Assembly (NCBI GenBank): GCA_947601495.1
Contig: CANQGE010000001.1
Span: 31,731-95,730, forward strand
DNA length: 64,000 nt
Direction of reading: 5' to 3'
Source of the DNA: an uncultured Clostridia bacterium
Lineage (GTDB): Bacteria; Bacillota; Clostridia; TANB77; CAG-508
The notes below the pieces were generated by a model. That model ran no database searches. It worked only from the letters and a program-made list of their open reading frames with translations, and had not been told where the DNA came from. Made by a program: the position numbers and the translations under genes. Positions 29,932 through 40,175 of the stretch are shown here, in pieces. Position 1 is the first letter of the stretch, and every line of letters begins with the position of its first letter.

Positions 29932-30039
29932 TTCTTATAGAAATTCTAAAATTATAAAATGCGCCTCTTTCGCTGCTCAAATCTTCGATTTGCCTTCGAA
30001 CATCCCTCATTTTATAATTTAAGAATTTCTATATAAGAA
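29932..30039. repeat. Foldback element: ~30-bp AT-rich inverted-repeat arms around a 47-nt GC-rich core, in the coaE-queA intergenic region
   Basis: The left arm ttcttatagaaattctaaaattataaaatg and the right arm cattttataatttaagaatttctatataagaa are near-perfect reverse complements. Core cgcctctttcgctgctcaaatcttcgatttgccttcgaacatccctc, with an internal hairpin caaatc-ttc-gatttg. Confidence 0.7.
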
Positions 30040-30090
30040 TTACTCTCAATCCAAAACTTAATTTCATAATATAAATTTTGCTAATTTTAG

Positions 30091-30684
30091 TTAATTTGAA
30101 ATTTTATTAATTATTTCTTCAATTTTCAATCTCAAATCACAATTTTTTGTATTATAAATCACAAAATCTGATTTTTCTATATAAAACTTATCTTCATTTT
30201 GTATATTAAGTCTGCTTTTAGCTGTTTTACTATCAATATTATCTCTTTTGCAAATTCTTTCAATTTTTAAGTTTTCATCTGCAATTAAAGAAATTACAAA
30301 ATCACAATATTTTTGTATTCCAGATTCAAAAAGCAGAGGTGCATCAATTATTACAAATTTAACTTTTGAATCGTTTATATTTTTTATTCTGTTTAATATT
30401 TCATCAACCACAAACTTAAAAGTTAAACTATTTAATTTTTGGCGAGAAGCATCTTCACTATATATTTTATCAGCTAAAGCTTTTCTATTTAAATTGCCAT
30501 CTTTTAGAAAAACTTCTTCACCAAAAGTATTTTTTATTGCTTTTAAATAATCTGTTCCTAAAGTGCTCATTTCTTTAGCGATTTTGTCTGCATCTAAAAC
30601 TACAACATCTTCGCGTTCATTTAAAATTTCACTTAAAGTAGTTTTTCCACTTCCAGAAGTTCCAGTAACTCCAATAATTTTCAA
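30091..30684 (-). CDS. coaE: Dephospho-CoA kinase
   Basis: MKIIGVTGTSGSGKTT P-loop. Size and domain order match CoaE. 197 aa. Confidence 0.85.
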   Translation of the reverse strand: MKIIGVTGTSGSGKTTLSEILNEREDVVVLDADKIAKEMSTLGTDYLKAIKNTFGEEVFLKDGNLNRKALADKIYSEDASRQKLNSLTFKFVVDEILNRIKNINDSKVKFVIIDAPLLFESGIQKYCDFVISLIADENLKIERICKRDNIDSKTAKSRLNIQNEDKFYIEKSDFVIYNTKNCDLRLKIEEIINKISN

Positions 30685-30699
30685 AATTTTTCCCTCACT

Positions 30700-31134
30700 T
30701 TATAAAGTTTTTATTGCACTTGTTGCTAAAAAATCACATCTATTATTAAATTCATTATCACTATGACCTTTTACCTTTATGAATTCTACTTCATGCTTTT
30801 TTACTAAACTATAAAGTTCTTCCCAAAGTTCTTTATTTTTTACTAAACTTTTTCCAGATGTTTTCCAATTATTTTTTTCCCAGTTTTCAAGCCACTTTTG
30901 ATTAAAAGCATTAACAACATAAGCACTGTCACTATAAACTTTAACTATGCATTTCTCTTTTAATAATTTTAAAGCTTCTAAAACTGCTGTGATTTCCATT
31001 ATGTTATTAGTTGTTTCTTTGCTTGCTCCAGAAATTTCTTTTTTTACATCATTATATATTAAGATGGCTCCCCATCCTCCAGGGCCTGGGTTTCCAGAGC
31101 ATGCACCATCTGTGTAAATTGTAACTTCTTTCAT
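30700..31134 (-). CDS. rnhA: Ribonuclease HI
   Basis: Active-site motifs TDGAC ([18 protein letters not shown]), E (ITAVLEAL), D (YSDS) and a C-terminal GHSD...N. 144 aa. Confidence 0.85.
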   Translation of the reverse strand: MKEVTIYTDGACSGNPGPGGWGAILIYNDVKKEISGASKETTNNIMEITAVLEALKLLKEKCIVKVYSDSAYVVNAFNQKWLENWEKNNWKTSGKSLVKNKELWEELYSLVKKHEVEFIKVKGHSDNEFNNRCDFLATSAIKTL

Positions 31135-31251
31135 AAAAATAACCCTTTTATTTTATAATAAATAATATTTATATAATTATTTGTAATTTAAACAAATATG
31201 TGATATTATACCAGTAAATTTAAAATATTACAATATAGGTGGTGATATATT

Positions 31252-32484
31252 TTGGATGGAATTTTAGGAATAGTATCTGAATATAATCCTTTCCATAATG
31301 GACATCTACATCATTTAGAACTTTCTAAAAAAATAACTAAAGCAGCTTTTACTGTTGTTGTTATGAGTGGAAATTTTGTTCAACGTGGCGATACCTCACT
31401 TATAAACAAATGGGTAAAAACAGAAATGGCATTAAAAGCTGGTGTTGACTTAGTAATTGAACTTCCTACAATTTACTCAATTTCTAGTGCTGAAAATTTT
31501 GCTGATGGCGCAGTAAAAATTTTAAATAGTTTGGGAGTTGTAGATTATATTTCTTTTGGAAGTGAAATTGGTGAAATAAGTCCTTTAAATGATGTTGCAA
31601 ATATTTTATATAGAGAGCCTAAAGAATTTTCTTCTTTAATTACTGCTCAATTAAAATCAGGTCTATCTTATCCTAAAGCAAGAGAAATTGCCCTTTCGCA
31701 ATTTTTTGGAAGTTCAAAAATATATTCAGAAATTCTAAACAATCCAAATAATATCTTAGGTGTTGAATATTTAAAATCTTTAAAAAAACACAGAAGTCAC
31801 ATAAGACCACTTACAATAAAAAGAGATTATAATGACTATAATGATAAAACAGAAAAAAGCGGAATCGCAAGTGCTACAGCTATTAGAACAATGATTCAAG
31901 CAGGTAAAAATGTGCATTATGTTGTACCTTATGAAACATACGAACTTTTGGATCAAGAAATAGAAAACGGTAGAATTATTAAAGATTTATCTGTTTTCGA
32001 AAAAGAAATAATTTATACATTAAGAAAAATGACTTTATCTGAAATAGCAAATTTACCAGATGTTTCTGAGGGATTAGAAAATAAAATAAAATTAGCAGCA
32101 AACACATGTAATAACCTTGAAGATTTAATCAAAAAAATAAAATCTAAACGATATACTCAAAGTAGAATTCAACGTATTTTATTATATGCTCTTCTTGAAA
32201 TTTCTCAAAAAGATATGAATTCTTCTAAAAAAGTAAATCCATATATTAGAGTTTTGGGATTTAATAAACATGGAAAAAGAATTATTTCTGCAATAGCAGA
32301 AGCAAATCCAAAACTAAACATTATAGTATCTGTAAAGAAATTTATGGAAAATTCAAATGACAATTCTTTAAGAAATATGATTTCAAAAGATATATTAGCT
32401 ACAAATATTTATACTTTAGGTTACAAAGCAGACCCTATTGCAAACTTAGATTATACTCATAAAGTAATAGAATATAATGAATAG
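31252..32484 (+). CDS. tmcAL: tRNA(Met) cytidine acetate ligase TmcAL / YlbM-family nucleotidyltransferase (UPF0348)
   Basis: N-terminal GIVSEYNPFHNGH, a HIGH-like motif typical of the family. Apparent TTG start at 31252, 8 nt after a strong SD (aggtggtg). 410 aa. Confidence 0.75.
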   Translation: MDGILGIVSEYNPFHNGHLHHLELSKKITKAAFTVVVMSGNFVQRGDTSLINKWVKTEMALKAGVDLVIELPTIYSISSAENFADGAVKILNSLGVVDYISFGSEIGEISPLNDVANILYREPKEFSSLITAQLKSGLSYPKAREIALSQFFGSSKIYSEILNNPNNILGVEYLKSLKKHRSHIRPLTIKRDYNDYNDKTEKSGIASATAIRTMIQAGKNVHYVVPYETYELLDQEIENGRIIKDLSVFEKEIIYTLRKMTLSEIANLPDVSEGLENKIKLAANTCNNLEDLIKKIKSKRYTQSRIQRILLYALLEISQKDMNSSKKVNPYIRVLGFNKHGKRIISAIAEANPKLNIIVSVKKFMENSNDNSLRNMISKDILATNIYTLGYKADPIANLDYTHKVIEYNE

Positions 32485-32514
32485 AAGAAGTAATGTTATT
32501 TCATTACTTCTTTT
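32483..32514. terminator. Bidirectional hairpin at the convergent ends of tmcAL (+) and spoIIP (-)
   Basis: The stem agaagaagtaatg/cattacttctttt spans both stop codons, with T-runs on both sides. Confidence 0.45.
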
Positions 32515-33662
32515 ATTACATTTGCTAAATATTTCATACTGCTATTGCACTGTTCTAAAGTATTTCCTGTTGCTCCAACTTCTATTATGCATGCTCCATT
32601 TGCCACATGCTGATTGTATCTTGAATCTCTTAGTATTATTGGTTTAAAAAAACCCGGATACATTTCATTTGCTTTTTCCTGAATTTTTACTGCCAATTTT
32701 AAATTATTTATCCAGTTTGGATGCTCTAATCCTCCTCCATCACTTCCCATAACAAACATAACTTGAGCTACAACATCATCTCCTATTTGTACACAAGGTG
32801 CATAAGAACTATTATTTCCTAACGCATCTCTATGTAAATCTATTACAAATTCAGTATCATTGTTATTTGCAAGCATACTTTGAATTGTAGATAGTCCTCT
32901 AGTATATGAACCTGTGTATGCTGGATAATCGTGATATGTTGTATTATGAGTTACATTAAATCCAAATTCTGTAAGATAATTTGTAAGTTCAGTTCCAACT
33001 CTTGCCACACTTTTTTCTAAATCTATTGTTCTAAAATTTCCACTAGCGACATAATTGTTTTCTACTGTAGGAGTGTAACTTTCACAAGTATGTGTATGAT
33101 AAATTATAATGTTCTTTTTATTTGAAAAATCTATATTTGGATTTAGCATTTCTTGTGTAAGTGGATATTTAGATTCATTCTTTATTTTCACACTATTATA
33201 TGTATCTGTAAACTTATCAATTTTGTTATTGTCATCTATAACTTTTGTTGGGAGTAAGACATTTTCTAAATCATTTAAACTACTATTGTTTAAATTACTA
33301 TCACCATTTGTTTTGCCTAAATTAACATTATTCTCTTGGATTTCTGAATCCACTTGCTTTTCTTCTGAATTCAAAATTTTAATTTCTGACATTAACAATT
33401 TTTTAAATACACTTACATTTTCATTTTTAGTTTGTTCGTTTGAAAAAGATTTAGAAATTATAAGTGTATTATCTAATATTTTTTCTACGCCAAAATTAGA
33501 AAAATATTTTTCTTTAACAGCTGAAATATTTTTTGTAGTTTTAACTGCTCCTATAACTTTCCATAACACAAATAAAATAATTAAAAGTACTATACATTTT
33601 TTTATGAACTTAATTATATCTTTTAGGTTTATAACAGCTAAATTAATCATATTTTTCCTCAC
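32496..33662 (-). CDS. spoIIP: Stage II sporulation protein P (SpoIIP) family, cell-wall amidase/peptidase required for engulfment
   Basis: N-terminal TM helix. The C-terminal catalytic domain has IIYHTHTCESY...VIDLHRDA...IIEVGATGNT, characteristic of SpoIIP. 388 aa. Confidence 0.8.
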   Translation of the reverse strand: MRKNMINLAVINLKDIIKFIKKCIVLLIILFVLWKVIGAVKTTKNISAVKEKYFSNFGVEKILDNTLIISKSFSNEQTKNENVSVFKKLLMSEIKILNSEEKQVDSEIQENNVNLGKTNGDSNLNNSSLNDLENVLLPTKVIDDNNKIDKFTDTYNSVKIKNESKYPLTQEMLNPNIDFSNKKNIIIYHTHTCESYTPTVENNYVASGNFRTIDLEKSVARVGTELTNYLTEFGFNVTHNTTYHDYPAYTGSYTRGLSTIQSMLANNNDTEFVIDLHRDALGNNSSYAPCVQIGDDVVAQVMFVMGSDGGGLEHPNWINNLKLAVKIQEKANEMYPGFFKPIILRDSRYNQHVANGACIIEVGATGNTLEQCNSSMKYLANVIKEVMK

Positions 33663-33704
33663 TTACAAACAAGTATATTAATTTGAAATACAAATTATTA
33701 CTTA

Positions 33705-33750
33705 ATTTAAATTAAAAATGAACTTAAAATATTTCTAATATTCTAAGTTC
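33705..33750 (-). terminator. Probable terminator after hisS
   Basis: 13-bp stem gaacttaaaatat/atattctaagttc with one mismatch and a 5-nt loop. The minus-strand hairpin is followed by UUUUUAAUUU. Confidence 0.45.
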
Positions 33751-33828
33751 ATCTTCTATTTTAATTGTATTTTACTTTTCTATTAATATAATTAATTTAG
33801 CTGTTGTTTAATCTTTATTTTAAGAAGT

Positions 33829-35067
33829 TTATTTTTCTATAGCTTTAATAATTTCTTCAAGATTTAAGCTTATTTCGCTTTCTACACCAGTTTTCATTTC
33901 CTTAATTTTTGCTTTTCCTGATTGTAGTTCATTTTCACCTATAACTAAAAGATATCTTGCATTTATTTTATTTGAATATTTCATTTGTGAGCCAAAGCTT
34001 CTTTCACAAATATCTTTTTCAATTATATATCCTTTGCTTCTTAATTCTTGAGATAACTCTAAAGCTTTTTGATTTTCATTTTGTCCTGCTGACAAAATAT
34101 ATAAATCTGGCTTTTTATCTTCTTCTTCATTTTTATACATTTCCATAAGTCTTTCAACTCCAAGTGCAAATCCTATTGCTGAAGTTTTAGGACCACCAAG
34201 TTCTTGAACTAACTCATCATATCTTCCACCACCTAAAACAGTAAGAGATGTGGTTTCATCTATAAATTCAAAAACAGTTTTTGTGTAGTAATCTAGTCCT
34301 CTAACAATACTACTATTTATTTCATAATCTAATTTTAAATTTTTAAGAGTTTCTTGAACATTTTCAAAATGTTCTTTACATTCTTCACACAAATAATCTA
34401 TCATTTTAGGAGCATTTATGTTTAGTTCTTTACACTTTCTTTCTTTGCAATCTAAAATTCTCATTGGATTTTTTTCAAATCTGCTTTTACAAGTATCACA
34501 ATATTGTTCTAAATTTTTTCCTATAAATTCTTTTAGAACTTTTTGATATTCTTGTCTACATTTTGGGCATCCTATACTATTTAATGTTAGTTTTATATTT
34601 GGTATGTTTAGCTTTTTAAATATTTCATTTGCCATTAAAATTATTTCTACATCTGCTAAATAACTACTGCTACCTATTATTTCTGCACCAATTTGATGAA
34701 ATTCTCTTAGTCTTCCTTTTTGTACATTTTCATATCTATACATAGCCATATTGTACCAAAGTTTTGTTGGACTTGGCATGCTTCCCATTCCATTTTCCAA
34801 ATAAGCTCTAATAACTCCTGCAGTACCTTCTGGTCTTAATGTTATACTTCTACCACCTTTATCTTCAAAAGTGTACATTTCTTTTTGAACAACATCTGTT
34901 GTTTCTCCAACACTTCTTTGAAACAATTCTGTATGTTCAAAAACTGGAACTCTTATTTCTTTAAAATTATAGCTGTCAAATATTTTTTTCAATTTATTTT
35001 CTACTTCTTGCCATTTAAAAGATTCTTCTGGCAATAAGTCTTTAGTTCCCTTTGGTTTTTGTATCAT
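33829..35067 (-). CDS. hisS: Histidyl-tRNA synthetase
   Basis: MIQKPKGTKDLLPEE N-terminus. Class II motifs (RYE, GGGRYD). C-terminal anticodon-binding domain LLVIGENELQSGKAKIKEM. 412 aa. I do not fully exclude HisZ. Confidence 0.85.
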   Translation of the reverse strand: MIQKPKGTKDLLPEESFKWQEVENKLKKIFDSYNFKEIRVPVFEHTELFQRSVGETTDVVQKEMYTFEDKGGRSITLRPEGTAGVIRAYLENGMGSMPSPTKLWYNMAMYRYENVQKGRLREFHQIGAEIIGSSSYLADVEIILMANEIFKKLNIPNIKLTLNSIGCPKCRQEYQKVLKEFIGKNLEQYCDTCKSRFEKNPMRILDCKERKCKELNINAPKMIDYLCEECKEHFENVQETLKNLKLDYEINSSIVRGLDYYTKTVFEFIDETTSLTVLGGGRYDELVQELGGPKTSAIGFALGVERLMEMYKNEEEDKKPDLYILSAGQNENQKALELSQELRSKGYIIEKDICERSFGSQMKYSNKINARYLLVIGENELQSGKAKIKEMKTGVESEISLNLEEIIKAIEK

Positions 35068-35138
35068 TTCTTTCTCCCATCATTATAAATTTTTTATTGT
35101 TTAATTTTATGTTATTCATTATATAGTCTTTTAAATTT

Positions 35139-35789
35139 CTAAAAATCTTTTGGTTTTAATTCTAAATATATGTTTCTTTCATCTTGTATCATTGTAATTT
35201 TACCATGTCCTGGATATACAATTGTTTCATCTGGAAGTGGCATTAATTTATTAGTTATTGAATCTATAATTTCTGCAAAACTTCCAGTTGGAAGGTCTGT
35301 TCTTCCCCATGTTCCAGAAAATAATGTATCTCCTGTAAAAACAAGTCCTTGTTTTTCAGAATATAAACTTAGTCCTCCTTTTGTGTGTCCTGGTGTTGCT
35401 ATAACTTTGAATTCTATGTTTCCTACATGAATTAAATCTTCATCATCAACACGAGAATCTGCCTCTAATTCAGGCTTTTCCATTCCTATGTAACTTGCTA
35501 AATTTATACTATCATCAAATAATCCTTCACTATCTTCTCTACTAACAAGAACTTTTCCACCTTTTAATCTTTTAAGTTCTTGAGCTCCACCTATATGGTC
35601 TGCATGGCAGTGAGTTAAAAATATATATTTTAAATTAGCTTGCAATACATCTAAAGTTTCTGCTATTTTTTCTGGTTCTCCTCCTGGGTCTACAACCATT
35701 GCTTCTTTTGTTTCTTCATCACAAACAATATAGCAATTTGTAAGTATATCTTTTTGTTTTGTTTGTACATGTAATCTTTTTAATAACAT
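35139..35789 (-). CDS. MBL-fold metallo-hydrolase (glyoxalase II-like)
   Basis: HxHxDH motif THCHADHIGG, plus downstream H (TPGHT) and D/H ligands. 216 aa. Confidence 0.8.
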   Translation of the reverse strand: MLLKRLHVQTKQKDILTNCYIVCDEETKEAMVVDPGGEPEKIAETLDVLQANLKYIFLTHCHADHIGGAQELKRLKGGKVLVSREDSEGLFDDSINLASYIGMEKPELEADSRVDDEDLIHVGNIEFKVIATPGHTKGGLSLYSEKQGLVFTGDTLFSGTWGRTDLPTGSFAEIIDSITNKLMPLPDETIVYPGHGKITMIQDERNIYLELKPKDF

Positions 35790-35800
35790 TTGTATTCTCC

Positions 35801-37999
35801 TTATCCTCTTTTTCTATTAACTTCATAAACGTTTTCAATATTTTTAAATGCAACTAATAGTTTGTTTAAGTTGTCTATATTTTCAACCTCAAGAGAAACA
35901 TTAATAATAGCAATGTTTTCTTTTGTAGTTCTCGTATTAACTCCCATAAGTTTTACTTTATAATTTTCAATTTGCTTTATAATATCTCTTAATAATCCAC
36001 TTCTATCTGTTGCTAAAATTTCTATTTCAACTTTGTAAATTCCATTTACATCATCAAACCAATATACATCTATCATTCTGTCTTCTTCATTAAATAAGTC
36101 TTTTACATTAGGGCAATCTGTACGATGAACTGAAACTCCTCTACCTTTTGTAATATATCCTATTATATCGTCTCCTGGCAAAGGGTTACAGCATTTTGAA
36201 AGTTTTACTAAGCAGTTATCTATTCCTTTTACAACAACACCTGTTTTTGAAGGTCTACTAACAAATGTTTTTGTTTTAGATAGCTCTTCTATTTTTTGCT
36301 CAAAATCTTCATCTTCGTGCTCTTTTCTATATTCATCAAGAAGTCTTGCCATAAGTTTATTTACAGAGATTCCACCAAAACCAATGCTAGCATATAAATC
36401 ATCTACTGTTTGGAATTTGTATCTTTCTAATACCAAATTAATCCATTCTGGCTTTACTAAATCAGAATATTTTATTCCTATTTTCTTAACTTCTTTATCA
36501 ACAATGTCTTTTCCTCTTTCAATGTTTTCAGCTCTTTGAGCTTTTTTAAACCATTGATTAATTCTTGTTTTAGCAGAAGAACTTTTTACAAATTTTATCC
36601 AGTCTCTACTTGGTCCTTTAGATTGCTCTGAAGTAATTATTTCTACTATATCTCCATTTCTAAGAGGAGTTATAATAGGCATCATTTTACTATTTATTTT
36701 GCAACCTACCATTTTATGTCCTATTTGTTCATGTATGCTGTATGCAAAATCTATTGGAGTAGCTCCTTTTGGTAAAACTTTAATCATTCCTTTTGGTGTA
36801 AAAATATATACTTCATCTTCAAACAACTCTGTTTTTAATGTGTTTAAAAATTCATCTGGATTTTCAGTATTTTTCTGCCACTCTAAAGTTTCACGAAGCC
36901 AAGCTAATTTATCATCTGTAACAACTACAGATTCTTTAGTTCCTTTATTGCTTGCTTCTTTATAAGCCCAGTGAGCCGCTATACCAAACTCTGCTGTTCT
37001 ATGCATGTCCCAAGTACGTATTTGAACTTCAAATGGAGTTCCTTTTGGTCCTAAAAGAGTTGTATGTATAGATTGATACATATTTTTCTTAGGAACAGCA
37101 ATATAATCTTTAAACCTTCCTGGCATAGGTGTATACATTTCATGCACAATTCCAAGCACAGCATAACAATCTTTTACAGTATCTACTAGTATTCTTAAAG
37201 CAAATAAATCATAAATTTGATCTAGTGTTTTATTATCTCTTTTCATTTTTCTATAAATACTATATAAGTGTTTTGCTCTACCTGTTACATCTGCTTTAAT
37301 TCCTTGATTTTTGATTTCTTCTTTTAAATCTGACTGTATTTTTTCTAGGAATTTTAGTCTTTCTTCTCTTTTTTTATCTAGTCCATTAACAATTTCATGA
37401 TACTCATCTGGATGTAAATATTTAAAACTTAAATCTTCTAATTCCCATTTTAAAGAATAAATACCTAGTCTATTTGCAAGAGGTGCATATAAATCTTGTG
37501 TTTCTTGTGCATTTGCAATTTGTCTGTCTCTAGGCAAATATTTTAAAGTTCTCATATTGTGAAGTCTATCTGCTAGTTTTATTAATATAACTCGTATATC
37601 TTTTCCCATTGCAAGAAACATTTTTCTATAATTTTCAACTTGCTCTTCTTCTCTAGTTGTATATCTTAAAGTTCCAAGTTTTGTAACACCTGAAACCATT
37701 TCAGAAATAGTTTCTCCAAATTCATTTTTTAAATCTTCTTGAGTTATACCAGTATCTTCTACAACATCATGTAAAAGAGCAGCACATAAAGTTTCATCAT
37801 CTAATTCTAGAGTAGATAATATGTATGCAACATTTAAAGGGTGAATCATATATGGTTCACCAGACCTTCTAAGTTGTTCCCCATGATTTTTCTTAGCAAA
37901 TTCATAAGCTCTTCTTATAAGATCTTCATTTACATTTGCATAATTTTCTTTTTGTTTTTCAATTATATCATCTATTGTTATTTGCTTAGTTTCAGACAT
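35801..37999 (-). CDS. relA: Bifunctional (p)ppGpp synthetase/hydrolase RelA/SpoT (Rel)
   Basis: HD hydrolase domain (HPLNVAYIL...LLHDVVED), synthetase domain (RFKDYIAVPKKNMYQSIHTT), TGS and ACT domains. 732 aa. Confidence 0.9.
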   Translation of the reverse strand: MSETKQITIDDIIEKQKENYANVNEDLIRRAYEFAKKNHGEQLRRSGEPYMIHPLNVAYILSTLELDDETLCAALLHDVVEDTGITQEDLKNEFGETISEMVSGVTKLGTLRYTTREEEQVENYRKMFLAMGKDIRVILIKLADRLHNMRTLKYLPRDRQIANAQETQDLYAPLANRLGIYSLKWELEDLSFKYLHPDEYHEIVNGLDKKREERLKFLEKIQSDLKEEIKNQGIKADVTGRAKHLYSIYRKMKRDNKTLDQIYDLFALRILVDTVKDCYAVLGIVHEMYTPMPGRFKDYIAVPKKNMYQSIHTTLLGPKGTPFEVQIRTWDMHRTAEFGIAAHWAYKEASNKGTKESVVVTDDKLAWLRETLEWQKNTENPDEFLNTLKTELFEDEVYIFTPKGMIKVLPKGATPIDFAYSIHEQIGHKMVGCKINSKMMPIITPLRNGDIVEIITSEQSKGPSRDWIKFVKSSSAKTRINQWFKKAQRAENIERGKDIVDKEVKKIGIKYSDLVKPEWINLVLERYKFQTVDDLYASIGFGGISVNKLMARLLDEYRKEHEDEDFEQKIEELSKTKTFVSRPSKTGVVVKGIDNCLVKLSKCCNPLPGDDIIGYITKGRGVSVHRTDCPNVKDLFNEEDRMIDVYWFDDVNGIYKVEIEILATDRSGLLRDIIKQIENYKVKLMGVNTRTTKENIAIINVSLEVENIDNLNKLLVAFKNIENVYEVNRKRG

Positions 38000-38017
38000 T
38001 TTAAATCCCCTTTTAGT

Positions 38018-39706
38018 CTAATATGATTTTCTCATATCTTTCATATTTATTTGCACATTTTTAATTCCATTAAAGGTATTTGTCTCTAGTACCCCAATTA
38101 TATCTACTTTATCACCAATTAAATATTCTTCCGAATATTTGCCCATATTAAATCCTATTGCATTAATAATTGTATTATTATCTTTTAGTGTTAGTTTTAG
38201 ATGTTTTCCTTCTGATAATGCTCTAATTGAATCTATTTTCAAATTTTTATAAATAAAAATAGGTGTTTTATTTGATTCTCCAAAAGGTTCAAGTAATTTT
38301 AAACTTTCTATATTTTCTAAAGAAATATCTTTTAAATTAATTTCTTTATCTATTTTTATAACTGGCATTATTTCAGCTATTTCTGCTTCTTCGGCAATCT
38401 TTTCAAATTTAGCTTTGAAATTTTCAAATTGACTCTTTTTTAAACTTAAGCCAACTGCCATTTCGTGTCCACCATATTTTTCTAAGTAGTCACTTGATTT
38501 GCAAAGTGCATCATGTAGGTCAAAACCTGGAATACTTCTTCCTGAGCCTTTACCATTTTCTCCTTCAAAACATATTAATATACTTGGTTTGAAATATAGC
38601 TCAGTTATTTTAGAAGCTACTATTCCTATAACTCCGTGGTGCCAATTTTCTGAGCCAAGTACAATTGTTTTTTTCTCATCAATTTTATCTTTTTCAATTT
38701 TAGAAATTGCTTCTTCAAAAATTTTTTTCTCTATTGTTTGTCTTTGCTTATTATATGAATCTAATTTTTCTGTTATTTTATTTGCTTCTACTATATTTTC
38801 TGTTAAAAATAAATTTAATGCATCTCTTTCATGTCCCATTCTTCCACAAGCATTAATTCTAGGAGCTATTCCAAATGAAACTGTATTTGAATTTATTTCA
38901 CTATATCCTGCTACTTTTAATAAAGCTTTTACAGCGGGGGAATTAGTTTGCTTAACTAGTTTTAGTCCAAGTTTTGCTATAACTCTATTTTCATCAATTA
39001 AAGGAACTATATCTGATATTGTTCCAATGCAAACAATATCTAAATATTTTAAGTATTCTTTTTCATCTAATTTTAATTTCATTCCTATAGCTTGTATTAA
39101 TTTAAAAGCTACTCCAACACCTGCTAAGCTGTTAAAAGGATATTTATTATCTTTTCTTTTACAATCTATTACAGCTAAGGCTTTAGGAAGTTCATCTAGT
39201 GGTTCGTGGTGGTCTGTGATAATAACTTCCATCCCCAAACTATATGCATAGTTTACTTCTTCTGTTCCGGAAATTCCACAATCAACAGTTATAATTAATT
39301 TATATCCTTCATCTGCAATTTGTTTTATTGCTTCTTGATTTAGTCCATATCCTTCATCTAGACGATTTGGTATATATGTTCCAACATTTAATCCTAATTC
39401 TTTTAGAAATTTTGATAAAACAGTTATACTTGTAATTCCATCAACATCATAATCACCATATATCATAATTTTTTCTTGTTTTTTTATGCCTTCTATAATT
39501 CTATCAACAGCTATTTTCATATCTGGCATTAAATATGGGTCATGAAAGTCATTTCTTGTAGGATTTAAAAAAACTTTTATGTCTTCATCGTCTGTTATAT
39601 CTCTATTTACTAAAACTGTTGCTAATAATTCTGATATTTCAAATTTTTCAGAAATTTCTTTAATTTTCTTCTCATCAGAATTATAATATTCCCACTTTTT
39701 GTTCAT
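38018..39706 (-). CDS. recJ: Single-stranded-DNA-specific exonuclease RecJ
   Basis: DHH motifs (GDYDVDGITS, ITDHHEP) and the DHHA1 domain. 562 aa. Confidence 0.85.
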   Translation of the reverse strand: MNKKWEYYNSDEKKIKEISEKFEISELLATVLVNRDITDDEDIKVFLNPTRNDFHDPYLMPDMKIAVDRIIEGIKKQEKIMIYGDYDVDGITSITVLSKFLKELGLNVGTYIPNRLDEGYGLNQEAIKQIADEGYKLIITVDCGISGTEEVNYAYSLGMEVIITDHHEPLDELPKALAVIDCKRKDNKYPFNSLAGVGVAFKLIQAIGMKLKLDEKEYLKYLDIVCIGTISDIVPLIDENRVIAKLGLKLVKQTNSPAVKALLKVAGYSEINSNTVSFGIAPRINACGRMGHERDALNLFLTENIVEANKITEKLDSYNKQRQTIEKKIFEEAISKIEKDKIDEKKTIVLGSENWHHGVIGIVASKITELYFKPSILICFEGENGKGSGRSIPGFDLHDALCKSSDYLEKYGGHEMAVGLSLKKSQFENFKAKFEKIAEEAEIAEIMPVIKIDKEINLKDISLENIESLKLLEPFGESNKTPIFIYKNLKIDSIRALSEGKHLKLTLKDNNTIINAIGFNMGKYSEEYLIGDKVDIIGVLETNTFNGIKNVQINMKDMRKSY

Positions 39707-39771
39707 TCCTTTCCTCCTAAAATAAATTTTTCCTTAGTATTATATAACAAAATGTAAATAAAAGATAGTTT

Positions 39772-39814
39772 TTAAATAAAAAAAATAGAAACTGGACAAA
39801 AAATATCCAGTTTC
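39772..39814 (-). terminator. Rho-independent terminator after the UPF0342 gene (hairpin also followed by a T-run on the plus strand)
   Basis: Perfect 9-bp stem gaaactgga/tccagtttc. The minus-strand hairpin is followed by UAUUUUUUUUAUUU. Confidence 0.7.
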
Positions 39815-39819
39815 TTTTT

Positions 39820-40152
39820 TTATAATACATCTTTAATAGATTCTCCAATAATTTTATTGACATCAGCAATTAAAACATTAAATCTAACTTCTTTGTCAAA
39901 GTAATCTTTAACTTGAGCATTTTGAACTAATATTTGATAAAGTTCTTGTAATTTTTTCATTTTTTCATCACTTTGCTTTTCGCCTTGCATAGCAAGAAGT
40001 TGCTCTTCATAACGAATTTTTTCAAATTCATCAACCTGTTTTTTTAATTCAGGCATAGCAAGCAATTCTGTTTTTACTTTTTTATACTCATTATATTCTC
40101 TTGATTCTTTAAGAGCTCTCGCTAAATTATTTACTTCATCATAAACATTCAT
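39820..40152 (-). CDS. UPF0342 / YheA-YlbF-YmcA-like small helical regulator
   Basis: 110-aa all-helical protein. The pattern NLARALKESREYNEYKKVKTEL...LKKQVDEF matches the Com_YlbF/UPF0342 family. Confidence 0.55.
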   Translation of the reverse strand: MNVYDEVNNLARALKESREYNEYKKVKTELLAMPELKKQVDEFEKIRYEEQLLAMQGEKQSDEKMKKLQELYQILVQNAQVKDYFDKEVRFNVLIADVNKIIGESIKDVL

Positions 40153-40175
40153 TAAAATTTTCTCCTTTTACATCC

